Below, one piece after another: positions 23,481 through 36,323 of a DNA stretch of 64,000 bases. Made by a program: the position numbers and the translations under genes. The notes beneath the pieces were generated by a model. That model was not told the DNA's origin, searched no databases, and saw only the letters and a program-made list of their open reading frames with translations. Origin of the DNA: Podarcis gaigeae (taxonomy: Eukaryota); assembly GCA_964106915.2 (NCBI GenBank), contig OZ066927.1; one strand, given 5' to 3'. Every line of letters begins with the position of its first letter. Position 1 is the stretch's first letter.

Positions 23481-24575
23481 CACCCTCTCACCTCCCTTTA
23501 GCGCCAGGGCCATTATCTGCAACACTCTGTCTGACCTCAGCAACCAGTGCAGAGAGAAATTGTAAGCAAAGAGCTAATGAATGGGAAACACCTGTTTCAT
23601 GAATTTGATAAAGATTTTTTTAAAAACTCTGTCTCATCTCAAAAATGCCTCCTTAATTCCATGCAGAGGAGGGATTGAGGGGGAAAACACTCCCCTAAAA
23701 GCACATAAAGAGACAAAGGGTGGCGCCAAATAAATTCTACTCAGAATGGACCCATTGAAATGAGTGAATCTAGGGTAGTCATGCCCATCAACTGCAATGG
23801 ATCTAGGACTAGTGTTGGGTACAAACCAAGGTCACAAAAGGTGTAGACATGCTCCTACCATCAGCTGCACCATCAGCAGGCAGAAATGCACCTACAACTG
23901 AAACAAATGCTCACTCACTCACAGGCAGAAGCTCCTTGCATCTCTCCACTTTGCAGATGGAAAGGAGGGTGGGTATTGTATCTTGGCATCTAGTGAAATT
24001 CCATTATTTTTGAAAGGGGTTGTGTTCAGTGCAGGAGAGGCTGTGCCAGTGCAAAGAGGTACTGAACAGGAAGAACCAATAGTCTATTATGTATCTCTTT
24101 TTTGAGGGGCGGGGGTATTTACTGAAACCTTCCATGGGCACCTTAGAAGATACCTGTGGGCACACAGGTACCTGTGGGCCTCACATTGGTGATCCCTGTC
24201 CTGATGCATATCATTATCTGCATCTGGTGAAGAAACATGTGACAATATTGTAATAGGGCAGAGGCACTACCACCTCACAAAGAAAAAGGAAATATATCAA
24301 CAAGGGGGCAGCTTTTGGGTCAGCATCCACATGTTTATACATAACAAAAAGTGCTCTGAGGGATACCTATCTAGCACTGGGTTGGTTTTGTTTTTTGGTT
24401 TAAATACACAATCAAAGCATAAAGCTTTGTGCACAGGGAAAGGCTACTTGATGGTTTAATTAACACATCTAGCACCCTTTCTTAATAATAACTGAAGGCA
24501 TCATGTGGCTAAACTTTGGATCTCCACAGTGGATAAAGACAGAGAAAAATCCCTCAACTCTTAGTGTGTAATAAA

Positions 24576-24579
<4 letters not shown>

Positions 24580-24619
<40 letters not shown>
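24580..24619. repeat. (TG)n microsatellite
   Basis: Read directly from the sequence. Confidence 0.97.
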
Positions 24620-24624
<5 letters not shown>

Positions 24625-24790
24625 ATAACAAAATGGAGATTTGTGTCATTGCAATATGAGATACAATCTTTAGCACTGAATCAGAGGGTACAGTTCAATT
24701 TCATTCTCTCTGGTTTTTTAAATCCTCCAGTCTACATTTTTTTAATAGAAAATGCTCATTGTGAAGGACACAGGCCAGTAAATAGAGCAT

Positions 24791-24794
<4 letters not shown>

Positions 24795-24828
<34 letters not shown>
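24795..24828. repeat. (ATTG)n microsatellite
   Basis: Read directly from the sequence. Confidence 0.95.
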
Positions 24829-24829
<1 letters not shown>

Positions 24830-27529
24830 CCTGCCCTTCACCCTACGATCCCAAGTCATGTTTACATGTACTGCATTTGGGAGGCGCCAGGTTGAATCCC
24901 GGCCAATTTCAGTTAAATGAACCTCAGGATGCTGAACTGGGAAAAACTATGGTCTGCCTCAGTAGAAGTCAGGCTCATATCCCCAAAGGAATAAATATTG
25001 ATGCATACGGAAACAGTGAGAAATCTGTTGGAGACTTATCTTAAGCAGACATACTGAGCTTCCTTGTGACCCTGTGCAAGCAAAGCATGTGCTCTATCAC
25101 TGAGTTATGGCCCTTCTCCTATTTACCCCTCAGATAAAGCAGCAACCATCCCAGAGTCTCCCTGATCACTGGTTCACTGAGCAGGAGACTGGAATGTCCA
25201 CAGGACATGGCAGTGTTAGTCAACTTAGCTGCTCCTGGGAACCAGGGTGTCTGGGCGTGACTTGCTTCAGAGTCCAAGAGCAACCAAGATCTGGCAATGC
25301 CTTCACATATGACTGAACAGGTCCATAATATAATGACAGTTGAGGAAATATCCTTAGCTTTCTGAACAATCCACAAGTGGACAACCTCCATTGGGCAGGT
25401 TTGGAGATAGATGTGGAGCCATTTTGATGCCTCTATTTTCCCATCTAACTTCCTACCCCACATTTAGGTATCATATGTTTGACATCCTGAGAGATTAGAA
25501 TAGCTAGAAAGATAGATACACAGACAGACACAGAGAGAGAGAGGGAGAGGGGGAGAGGCTTGTGGAATACCCCAATTGAGGCTTACCCTCTGCACCCATC
25601 TAATCCCAGTGATGAACTTTTCCAAGTACAAAAAACCATCTAGCAGCACACTTCCATCAGATTTTATTTAGTTTCAGGTTGGAACTGAATTTGTTTCGAA
25701 CATGTGCAACAGTCTGCACATCATTAAATGATAAATGACCTAATGTTATCCAATACTTAGACATTGCATCATGTGTAGTTTTAATTCCTCCTCCCCCTGT
25801 CTTTGAATTAGAACTAGGTTGTATTCTTTATTGAAGGCTGCAACTGGTTAGTTTAAATAGGTACATGAAACCCTCTCTATAATTTTGAGAAAATGACACT
25901 TTGAAGCCACAGCAGATAGGATTCATCTATGAGGGGTAGGTGGCATAGTTTTCTCAGACTACAACTCCATCAGTCCTACCCAGCATAGTCAATCGTGAGA
26001 AATGATGGGAGTTGCGGTCATAATCTTCTGGAAGGGTAAAGGTTCCCTCCCCTCAAGTTGCAGTACAATTGCTCTAAGTTTCAGGCCTACATTGCAGGAG
26101 TAAGGCCTAACAGTTTGTGTGAACATCCATTTCTGTTAAAGCTATATGTGTTGACTCCAAAAAAATGCCCTTATGATTGACCATTAGTTGATTTTATGTA
26201 TGTTTTTTCTCAGTTCTGTTCATGGATTATTGAATGTTTTGTATGTTTTTTGGTTGCTTGTTATTTTAACTGATTTGTAGCCCACCCTGAGACTGTAAGG
26301 TGAAGTCTGGGATAAAAGCATAATACTGTAAATCAATAAATAAAATAATTGCACACCCTGAGGTCGAGGACTGTGGGTAGGGTTTGGGTGTGAGCAACTT
26401 TTCACTGGTCTTTGCCTGTGGAGAGGAGTGTGCTAGTGGTGCTGGGAGGTGTCATGAGTGGGCAGAAAGCTAGTAATGCAAGTTCTCAAGAGAAAAGCCC
26501 TGAAGCACCTCCATGCTTCAGGTGTGGGAAACCTACAGCTTTGGCTCCCCTGCTGAATCCATAGCCTTGCAAATCCCCTGCGTTACTGATTCTGAAGCCT
26601 AGAGGCTCTCAGAGACATGGAAATGGAATTGCCACCTGTTTTCTGTACTGATCTGGGAGAGCTTGTGATGCAGTGGTGGTCCTGCCTCCCCTCTTCTCCC
26701 AAGCTTCTCCCACCAGCATGAGTGTGATGTGAGTTGATGAGGTACAGGTTTATGGAAAGGGTGGGGTTTTAAGAAGGGTGGTGGTGGAGAAAGAGAGAGA
26801 CATCGAGAAAGAGAGAGTGGGAGAGGAGAGGAGAGGAGATGGCTCTACAAATGTTCTAGATGAAAATATAGCAGCCAGAGTCATTCTGGGGGGAAACCCC
26901 AAAAGACATTTGAGGGGGTTGACCAATGTGATGGCAACTGAATAAAAAAAGGTCAAAAAGGTAAGGTGGAGCATTTACAGCAACTATTCACACACTGAGT
27001 CATAATTTAAACACAGGAGCATTTTATTGCTTTGCACCGTGGTTATACTGCATATGTTCTTTTTGCTGTTTATATGACTGGTTAAAAACATACAATTGCA
27101 TGATTTAGACTAGGTCCTTTGGAAAGAAGTCTTTAAAACTTAACTGCTGCACTCAGGAAGTGGATAATACATGGCATATCCTGTCTGTCTGTTTGTTTGT
27201 TTGTGTGTGCACTATGTACGTCACACACAAACTGTATATACAAAAGGAGAGTGCATATATTTCAATATCTGAATGTATAAAATATGAGTGTATATACCTA
27301 TGTCTGCATTATTCATAGACATGACTTTTAATCTTTGTCAGAAATGCTACTGTAAATCCTGGAGTGTGAAAGGAGACACAAATTATGTTAATAGCAAAGC
27401 TTTGTGATCACATTTTGTTTTCCTTGCCTGAAAAATCTTATCTTTCTGTTTCATTGTTTGCTTGTTTGTTGTTGCTGTTGTTGTTATGTCTCAGTTTTCA
27501 GTATCTATGTCCCTAGAAATTAATGTTTT

Positions 27530-27870
27530 CCCCCTGCTATTTTGCTGATCATTCCAACAAAAAGATGGAGATATTTTGAAAGCATACAGTTTCTTCTTCC
27601 TTTTTTCTGCACAGAGCGTATTTTTCCCCCCTTGGGAAACCCTAATGAGAACATACGGGCTTAAACCTGAACTGGAAAGCTTAATGATTTCCCACAAATT
27701 AATCACACCACCACATCGAGGCAATTACAGCGATTGAGCTAATCATATCTACACCTTGCATGAAATTAGCTGGCAGGAGACCTTAAGCTTGCAGGGAGCT
27801 AGACAGAAAGAGGTTAACTTTGCAGAAATCATCTCTCTCCAAAACCTTTGATGCTAAGAACCATACTGAT
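27530..27870. promoter_or_regulatory. Candidate conserved non-coding element
   Basis: Repeat-free; clustered TAATG/TAATC/AATTA cores, retained CpGs and CTTTGAT (TCF/LEF). Conservation not verified. Confidence 0.4.
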
Positions 27871-28161
27871 TTTCAAGGAGAAACAGAGCCTGAAAACTTT
27901 AAAAGGCTGCACAGGTAACAAGGAAATGGGGGTGGTGGCCTTAAGTTTTCATTGTTGCCATTCCCCCCAGCTCTCCATAACTTTGCATGTCTGAAATGTG
28001 TGATGGGAAGATTTGGAAGGGTGATAGATTAAAATGCCCCCTTTTTTGCATCTGTGTGTTGATATTTAATGCCAAAAAAGGAGGAAGCACATCAAAGTGT
28101 GTATGTGTGACATGTTCATTAGATCAGCTTTTGACAGGCTGCTAAACGGTAGTTCAGAATG

Positions 28162-28207
<46 letters not shown>

Positions 28208-29214
28208 CCTTCCCATCAGTAATTACCCAAACATGCACAGCATTGAGCTGAAGACTGGGGAATGGGAAGCAAAGTGCTGACTCCACAGGATTTACACACC
28301 AGCGACTCCACTGCCTCTCCCAATTTGCAGGAGAATAGGAAATCATGAACAATTGATATGCCCTGTTAGCTCCTATCATGGGGAGGTAACTCTCCCATAG
28401 CCTAAGGGGTACCTGATACACTTTAACACTGAAAAATAAAAGGTAATGTGCTTGGCAAAAATTGGGAGGAAGACTGTGTGGAGGCAGAGAGAAGAGAGCG
28501 GGGAGGGAAGGGACCTAACCTGGGAGTCTTGAAGGGACCTAACCTGGGAGCACATGAGACAGAGGAAGAAAGTGAGCAGGGAGAGCACAAGAAAGGGTGC
28601 CAAGATACTAATTTTGCAATTTTGGTTGTGTCCAATGAGTCAGGCATTTGTGAAACTAACCATGTAAATGGGGAAATGGCTTAACTCCTCTCTGCAGCTT
28701 AATGCCTTATTCCCCTGCTTCCCTCCCACCCTGCCCCAATAACCTCTTCTTTTTTTGAGGGGGTGGGTGGGAAGGATCTGCTGGGTTCCTTTGTTCCCCT
28801 GCATAATGCAGTTACTTTCCCCAGCTTAATCCTCTAGAGAAAACTAATCAAGAATGGATAAAGCTTTCCCTCTTCATGGAAGAGTTCCCCCCACCCCGCT
28901 GCCCCATTTGTTCTATTTTGCGAACAAGACTGACATGGCCAGCAAAGCTTGTAGAGCTAAATGTTTCAAGATTGTTCCAAGCAAATTGAGCTAGCAGGTC
29001 AATGCTGTGTGCGGCAGTGGCTGCTGCTGGTATTTGTGGTTAACAGAATCCAGCTCTTTTGCATGTGCGTTCTGATGCTTTGGGTGTTTCGTGTTCAAGC
29101 AGTACAGCTGCAGGTTTCACTGGGGTGTTATAAACAGCTCCCCAAATCTACAAGCGAAAACACCAAGGGAAACACCACAAGCGAAAACACCAAGGGAAAT
29201 GCAGTTTCGCAAGG

Positions 29215-29404
29215 ACGTAGGAAGCTGCCTGATATTGTGTTGGATTGGCCCATCTAAGCTCAGTAACGTCTACACTGTGCAGGAGCTCAATTCTCCAGGG
29301 TTTTAAGCAGGGAGTCTCTCCCAGCCTTACTTTGAGATGCTGGTAACTGTACCAGGACTTTCTGCATGCAGAGCAGATGCTCTGTCACTGAGCTACAGTC
29401 CTTT
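29215..29404 (-). mobile_element. tRNA-derived SINE with CR1-type tail
   Basis: Minus strand tgtagctcagtgacagagcatctgctctgcatgcagaaagtcc...aggcagcttcctacg; same family as 38085-38274. Confidence 0.75.
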
Positions 29405-29695
29405 ACAACATCAAATCAGACCACTGACCCATCCGCCTCAGTATATTACAGCTGTAACAGAGTGGTCCTGTTTCCCGCTTTACTGAGCACATATGAAGGC
29501 ATCCTCTGTTTGAAGCAAAGCCCAGTCCAAATCAGGATTAATGATTTACATTCCAACAAAACCAGGGAAAGAAATTGCTGGCATCTGGTTATTCATCTCA
29601 TGTCCAGAACGGAAATCAATCCAGCAGATACAATCAGTACTCAGTCTTCTTGTTGTTTTCAGTTAAAAAACAATACATATCAATGCATCAATAAC

Positions 29696-29757
29696 GAGTG
29701 GTGAGGAATAATTGAGTGGTGAGGAATAATTTAATGAGTGGTGAGGAATAATTTAAT
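29696..29757. repeat. Three tandem copies of gagtggtgaggaataatt(taat)
   Basis: Copies start at 29696, 29714 and 29736. Confidence 0.95.
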
Positions 29758-30127
29758 GATAATGTAATTAATCACAAAATTTCCCATGGCAGGCAGAGAA
29801 ACAAAGAACATAGCTTTTTTTTTTTGCCAGAAGCTGAACTTGCAGTGTAAGGGAAACAGTGTTGCATGTGTTGAACACAGGTTGGAATGGAAATTGATGT
29901 GGTCATTGGAGCCAATCGGTGTGAAAGGAGGTGACCGACTTCTAGGGCCACTGGAGAAGGCGTGCAGGAAGAACACCAAGGAGTTGTTCAGTATGCTCCA
30001 AAGCTCGGCATTTAGGAACATGAAAAACACAAGGGGCTTTGGTTTCAAGAGAAAGGTGTGTGAGTTCTGTTATGCACAATGGAAGTTCAAGGGAAATACA
30101 ACTTCACTCACTCCAAAAGATGGTATT

Positions 30128-30478
30128 AAGGTAAAGGGACCCCTGACCATTAGGTCCAGTCGTGACCGACTCTGGGGTTGCAGCACTCATCTCGCTTTAT
30201 TGGCCAAGGAAGCCAGTGTACAGCTTCCGGGTCATGTGGCCAGCATGACTAAGCTGCTTCTGGCGAACCAGAGCAGTGCACAGAAACGCCGTTTACCTTC
30301 CTGCCAGGGCAGTACCTATTTATCTACTTGCACTTTGATGTGCTTTTGAACTGCTAGGTTGGCAGGAGCAGGGACCGAGCAATGGGAGCTCACCCTGTCA
30401 CAGGGATTTGAACCGCCGACCTTCTGATCGGCAAGTCCTAAACTCTGTGGTTTAACCCACAGCGCCACCCACGTCCCA
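30128..30478 (-). mobile_element. Sauria SINE (subfamily with gacccctgaccattaggtcc end)
   Basis: Typical body; TSD ccaaaagatggtatt(aa) at 30113-30129 and 30479-30495. Confidence 0.95.
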
Positions 30479-30493
30479 CCAAAAGATGGTATT

Positions 30494-30857
30494 AAAGGTA
30501 AAGGTAAAGGTACCCCTGCCCGTACGGGCCAGTCTTGCCAGACTCTGGGGTTGTGCGCCCATCTCACTCAAGAGGCCAGGGGCCAGCGCTGTCCGGAGAC
30601 ACTTCCGGGTCACGTGGCCAGTGTGACATCGCTGCTCTGGCGAGCCAGAGCTGCACACGGAAACGCCGTTTACCTTCCCGCTGGTAAGCGGTCCCTATTT
30701 ATCTACTTGCACCCGGAGGTGCTTTCGAACTGCTAGGTTGGCAGGCGCTGGGACCGAGCAGCGGGAGCGCACCCCGCCACAGGGATTCGAACCGCCAACC
30801 TTTCGATCGGCAAGTCCTAGGCGCTGAGGCTTTAACCCACAGCGCCACCTGCGTCCC
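30494..30857 (-). mobile_element. Sauria SINE (distinct, CpG-rich subfamily with tacccctgcccgtacgggcc end)
   Basis: (aaaggt)3 tail, full tRNA-like head, many intact CpGs. Confidence 0.95.
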
Positions 30858-32163
30858 TAGAACACTCCAAATCGTTTGACCATGTAAATATGTGCACAGG
30901 AAATGGTGGATCTAGTTGAAAGGCAACACATTGCATTTGTTGTGATAATCCCTAATTATTACTATTGTATAATTATAAAATTATTGTATAATAATGGAAG
31001 GAGCCACGGCTGTGAGGGGTGCGGTTGTGACCGTGACTATCATGAAGTGATTCTGCACTTTTGAAATTGCTACTACATTACTGGTGACAACCCAGCACAC
31101 ACCAGGTTCATAAACAATAAAAGAAGAAGCAAAGTAATCATAACACTAAACACAATTATAGCTAATAATCTCACCTCCTAAAAATACGGAAAGGCTAATT
31201 AAGTTAGCAAGCTACAAAATAGGTCAGCCTTATTTTCTGAAGCTTGTGACAATATTACCATTCATGAAATTTTATTTCACGGGTTATCTGCTCAGAGAGC
31301 TTCAACTGGTTTCTCTATCCATGTTTCATAAGGGCAAAGATCATTTCAATTTCTGTGCTATAGCAGAACTATCTTATTTATCTCTTCATTTCTCATATGG
31401 TACCACATATTTCCCTCCTTCATATCCAGTGAATTTCTCCCTTACAGTGCAATTTTTCAGCTCCCAACTTCCTTCAGAATGCCCCTTGATTTTTTTGGGG
31501 GGGGGAGGTGGGTCTCCTTGTCCTCTTTATCTGAATTATGTCTACAGATCTCAGATGGCACAAGTGCTTCTCTGGCTTCTTTATGGACTGCACAGAGAGA
31601 GAAACCAACCCTAACAGAATTCATACTAGGAACTCATTTTCCTCAGTGTGGTTCTCTGACCTAAAGGAAGGGGTGCACAAAGAGGGGGCAGATGGCAATT
31701 GCACATGGTACAGAATTAAGCAAGTGAATGCTTCAATCAATTTGGGAGGGAAATCACTTGCATATTGTTTCAAATGATCAGGATAGACTGCAGTTAGGAG
31801 TCTTTTATAAATTAATAAAGCAAACAAAGACATAAAGTAATGAGCCAGGGAATATTTTCATGTTGCTCTGAAATACGTTTGACTGATTTATAGGGCCTAA
31901 GAAGCATATTCAACAAGGACACAGTGTCTAGTCCAGCACATTATTCTCACAGTGACTAACCATATGCCTATGGGAAGTTTGCAAACAAGCCATGAGTGCA
32001 ACAGCACTCCTCCCATTTGTGGTATTTAGATGCATAATGCTTCCAGCAGTGGGGGTAGGACATAGTCATGGTGGCTCATAGCCACTGATGACAAGAAACC
32101 AGACATTCTTTACAGTCACACCTATTTAGGAATGACTCAAGGGAAGGATTTGCAGTGCAATCT

Positions 32164-32167
<4 letters not shown>

Positions 32168-32223
<56 letters not shown>
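32168..32223. repeat. (TG)n(AG)n compound microsatellite
   Basis: Read directly from the sequence. Confidence 0.95.
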
Positions 32224-32225
<2 letters not shown>

Positions 32226-33059
32226 CAGGCAGATAGACAGGCAGAAATACACTGGTGATTCTCCTGCCTTATGCAAATATCCCTGCCTGACTTTAGCTGG
32301 CAAGGCAGAAGTAAGGGCAGGGGGAAACTGCATTAGTGCTGGGCTGAAAGCTGCTCCCCAATTATGTAGGGCCATCCAATCCTTTGCAAACCAGAGAGCA
32401 GTTTTCTGCATCTTTTGCAGGTGGAGAGCAAAGTTTAAGAAAGTTTTAGAGAGGGGGCTTACTTATTCACCTTATTTGAATGTATAATGTCACATGGTAC
32501 TATGAGAGTTCTGTGTAGTAGCAAGCTGTAGTCTAACTCTGTCTACTCAGATGTCCTACTGATTTTAATGAACTTACGAGAAGACTGAAGGATCTGGCCA
32601 GTGGCCTATCTAGTCCAACATCCTGGTCTCACAGTGCCCAAGGAGATGTCTATGAGAAGCTCAAAAGCAGCACCTGGCCACAAAAGCAAACTTCCTTCCT
32701 GTGTTTTCCAGCAACTGACATTCAAAGGCATACTGCATTTAACAGCAGAGACCTAATCCCAGGTAAGTGATGTCAAGATTGCAGCCTAGGTTTGTGTTCA
32801 ACTCCATCCAGGTCAGGCCATCTCACCTCCCAGACATGGGAACCTAGGACATATAACACCTCTTGTCTTCTCAGGATTCAGCTTCCATTTATTGGCTTGC
32901 TTGCATCCAACCAACCCATCACTGCCTCCAAGCATTGGCTGAACACCTCAACTGCCTCTCCTGATTAAGATGGAACAGAGAGATAGAGTTGGGTGACATC
33001 TGCATATGGATGTCACTTCACTCCAAACCTCCTGATGACAGCTCCCAGAGGCTTCACAC

Positions 33060-33330
33060 AGATGTTAATTAGCATAGGAGACAAAATGGAAGGATGGGAC
33101 ACCACAGGACAACTCCCATGGTGCCGAACAAAAGCCTCTCATGTCTGCTTTCTGGAGGTAATAGAGGAACAAATGAAGTACCATACCCCCAATCCACATG
33201 TCCCTGAGATGCCTCAGAAGAATAGTATCAAAAGCCACCAAAAGATCAAGGAGAATGAGCAGGGTTATACTCATCAATAAGGGTGATGAAGGCAGTTTCA
33301 GTGCTGTGAACAAGCCTAAAACTATTATTT
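33060..33330 (-). mobile_element. L2 LINE reverse-transcriptase fragment
   Basis: Peptide LLILLDLLVAFDTILLRHL...IGGMVLHLF..YL...LSCGVP matches the L2 RT motifs LLDLSAAFDT...GVPQGS. Confidence 0.82.
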
Positions 33331-33559
33331 TATATTTCTGTGCAAAGTTTCTTTTTGAATAATGGTCATTGACCTTGATATAGAGATCGATAGATTGAAA
33401 GATTGGTGTATTTCCCCCCTGTGGTCTAGCTTTCTTTTCACCTGCACCCTTCCTGCAATTACTGGAAGTTCCTCCTTTTCTTAACTTGAACAAAAGTAAT
33501 CCCTGCCACCACTATGGGCACAGATTGGAGGCATGGATTCTTTTATTTCTTTAGAAAGT

Positions 33560-34150
33560 AAACCCATGCTGATTATTCCTTCTTTCCCAAAGGAAGTTGC
33601 CAGTGCTAATGAGTGTGTTAGAATGAAATTCCAGAACACTGCCAACCTGGGGCATTTAACGAATCAGTGCCATTTAAATATTTCTGTAATTCTCAGAATA
33701 GGAATGAATGTGGATATAATTGTATTTAATAAGTAAAATGATAATCTGAATAATTTACTACAGAAAAGTAATTACGAACATTCACTTGTAAAAAGATAGA
33801 AAAGGAAAAAGTTTCCCCCTCTTCCCCCATATTCAAAATTGCTCAGAATAGATTACATGCTTTAGTAATCTAAGAAATCATAAAATGATTACAATTAAGG
33901 GATTGGTTAATAATATATACTGTGTTTAGTAACTTTATGGGGCACTGAATTCATTTCCATTTTAATTGTGAAAATGATACACTGGAGTAGCGTCTGCCAA
34001 ATTACTCATTTGGATGCTTAGAAAAGTGAGGCAGCCTCAGTCTCTCAATTATGACCTGTAACGATGCCCATATTTTTACGGCCGAAAATTAGGAAACTAT
34101 TGAATTATATTTACAGTTGCAGTAAAATGTAATGTGATTGTTTTGAGTAT
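33560..34150. promoter_or_regulatory. Candidate conserved non-coding element/enhancer
   Basis: AT-rich unique block; inverted TAATCT pair (33849-33872), TTTATGG (33934-33940), TTTACGGCC (34075-34083). Conservation not verified. Confidence 0.45.
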
Positions 34151-36119
34151 GTTTCCTCCCACATTCTCTCCTAATATTGTCAGTAACAACTATGACTTTG
34201 TTAATGTGTCACAGTTCAAATAATTAACGGAGTTCACAGGGATCATGCCTTTACCAATCATGTGAAAAAAAATAAATTGTGGTGGTATTTCAGTGTACAG
34301 TTTTCTCCTGATATTTTCACAGGTGAATTTTTTTTTGGGGGGGGGGACAGAAGCCCTCATGCACATAAAGGATGGTGACATGTCTTATGTTGTTTGCTAC
34401 TATGTCACCACACCCACCAATGTGAGTGAAATGTCAGTGTGACATGGCAGTATATCAGTCGAAAAGCTACAGTTCCATAATGCAACAGGCAATGCAGTAT
34501 AAAAAGGAACATGAGATGCTTAGAAATTTGAGGTACTTTTAATCTGTTTTAGTATGTTTACCTATGCATGTTTAAAGTAGGGTTGTAATTTTACAGCTTT
34601 CTCTTTTGCAAACTGCTTAGAGTTTTTTGTTTACAACCAAGCTGTGTATAAATTTTATGGAATAAATATACTGGGGCAGAAGTGCTAGCATTATAACTAG
34701 GCAAACTAATGCAATATTCTCAATGTCTGAAGGCACATACAGTGGTCCCAAACACCTTGAAGTAGGCCATCATGAATTCACTCCTTCACAGGCTCCTGCA
34801 TGAACCAGCTCAACTGTTGAGCTCTGAATTCCTGAAATATTGTAATTATTCAGCCTGCAGTAGACTGTCTTTACCCATTTATACAATATGTGCAATGACT
34901 ATGATACCAGTGGGAACTGTATAGCCCATAAGAAAAAATAGCATATTCTTTTCTTATGTTAGTGACTTACTGCTTCTCTCCTAGTTCCCCCATCCAATTT
35001 GTGCTGGGGTATACTCCCACACAATGGGTTGTATTCAAAGTAGCACTAAGTATAATGAAACATCAAAACAAGGATTTCAGTTTGCTTAGTAGGACTCCCC
35101 CCCCTCACCTCCTACTGTCGCCCCCATATTTTCTGAAGGTTCCCCCCAGAACCTCCAGAACAAATTTGAAAAGGGTGGTGGAAAAGTGAAAGTCAAATTG
35201 CACTAGTGGCAGTTCTTGCACTGATGGGACACAGTAGTAGAATACTGTTTGTGAATGTGTTCATTCTGCATTCATACTGATAAAGTTTGGTTTTGGAATC
35301 AGACCCAGACATGTATGCAAAACCATTTGTTCCTTCATCAAAGACTAACTACGGTATGATCTAGGCTGTACAGCTTCTTTGCTCAGGTTTCTACAAAAAC
35401 AGTAGTTGTGGGAACTGAATATACGCCTTGTGAAGTAAACAAAGCAACAGACTGACACAAACATGTGTGTGCATACACCCATGCATACACACACACAAAC
35501 ATAAATGCCACACACAAGTTTAGAAAACTTTCACAAGTCCTGTGTTGCTTGTGTGTTGCCAAGTAATTATTTCCAGTTCCACCATTAACCCCATTGACTC
35601 CATCAAGGCAGAATGGCTGAAATTGCACTTCTCAAACACTTTGGTACTTGAAACGTTGACAGACTCAATAAACCCCCTGAAATGTAACATGCTGCTGCTG
35701 TCTACAGAACAGCTGTGGGCGCAAATAGCTTCCTTTTAATATGGACAGAAAGGCCAAGTGAAATTTTAATCAGACAGACAAGGCAGCTCTCTGAGAATAC
35801 TAAAATGCCAAATCTTCTCAGTTATTGTAAAGGGGGGGGGGGCTTTCTTAGATCTGTAAACCACTTCTGTTAGCTATCAATTGGCCAAATTTTCAAGATC
35901 CCCCCTACCACCACCCCACCTTAAGTTTGTTTTAATTAACACTAAAGCGTTCAAATGAACAATCTGAGAGAGCCGGTTTTCTACTACCTAAAGAGGGATA
36001 TAGACTGTTACTTTCCCACCTAGTCCTTGAGCCTAATCAGGTCTGAAATTGATGGCAATTTGGTTTGGTAAGATGTTTCCCCCCAAACCACATCCATCTG
36101 CCCCACATCTGATGCCATA

Positions 36120-36323
36120 TGTGATACCAGTTTTGAGGCAGGTAAGGGAGTGGCTATGAAGACACAGTTAATGAGCTAAAAGCAAACTCCAAAGTGTTTA
36201 TTTGTAAGCAGGACTCATTGACAGGGCCAATCAACTGATTAGAGCTGTCAGTAAGTTCCTTTTTGTTACTCTGCATTGGTTCTGGTTCCACCTATTATTG
36301 GTTTCCCTGCCTTCAGCCTAACA
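36120..36323 (-). mobile_element. Possible short solo LTR (Gypsy-like)
   Basis: TG...CA termini (tgtgat / cctaaca), CCAAT boxes and AATAAA on the minus strand; no clear TSD. Confidence 0.4.

Noticed and set aside
29696-29757. Short direct repeats as a CRISPR-like array
   Set aside because: Vertebrate DNA, no unique spacers and no cas genes; a simple tandem duplication.
29786-30349. 187-aa ORF with an upstream tttttgccag acceptor-like site
   Set aside because: The C-terminal 40% is antisense Sauria SINE and the N-terminal part resembles no protein I recognise; no support as a gene.
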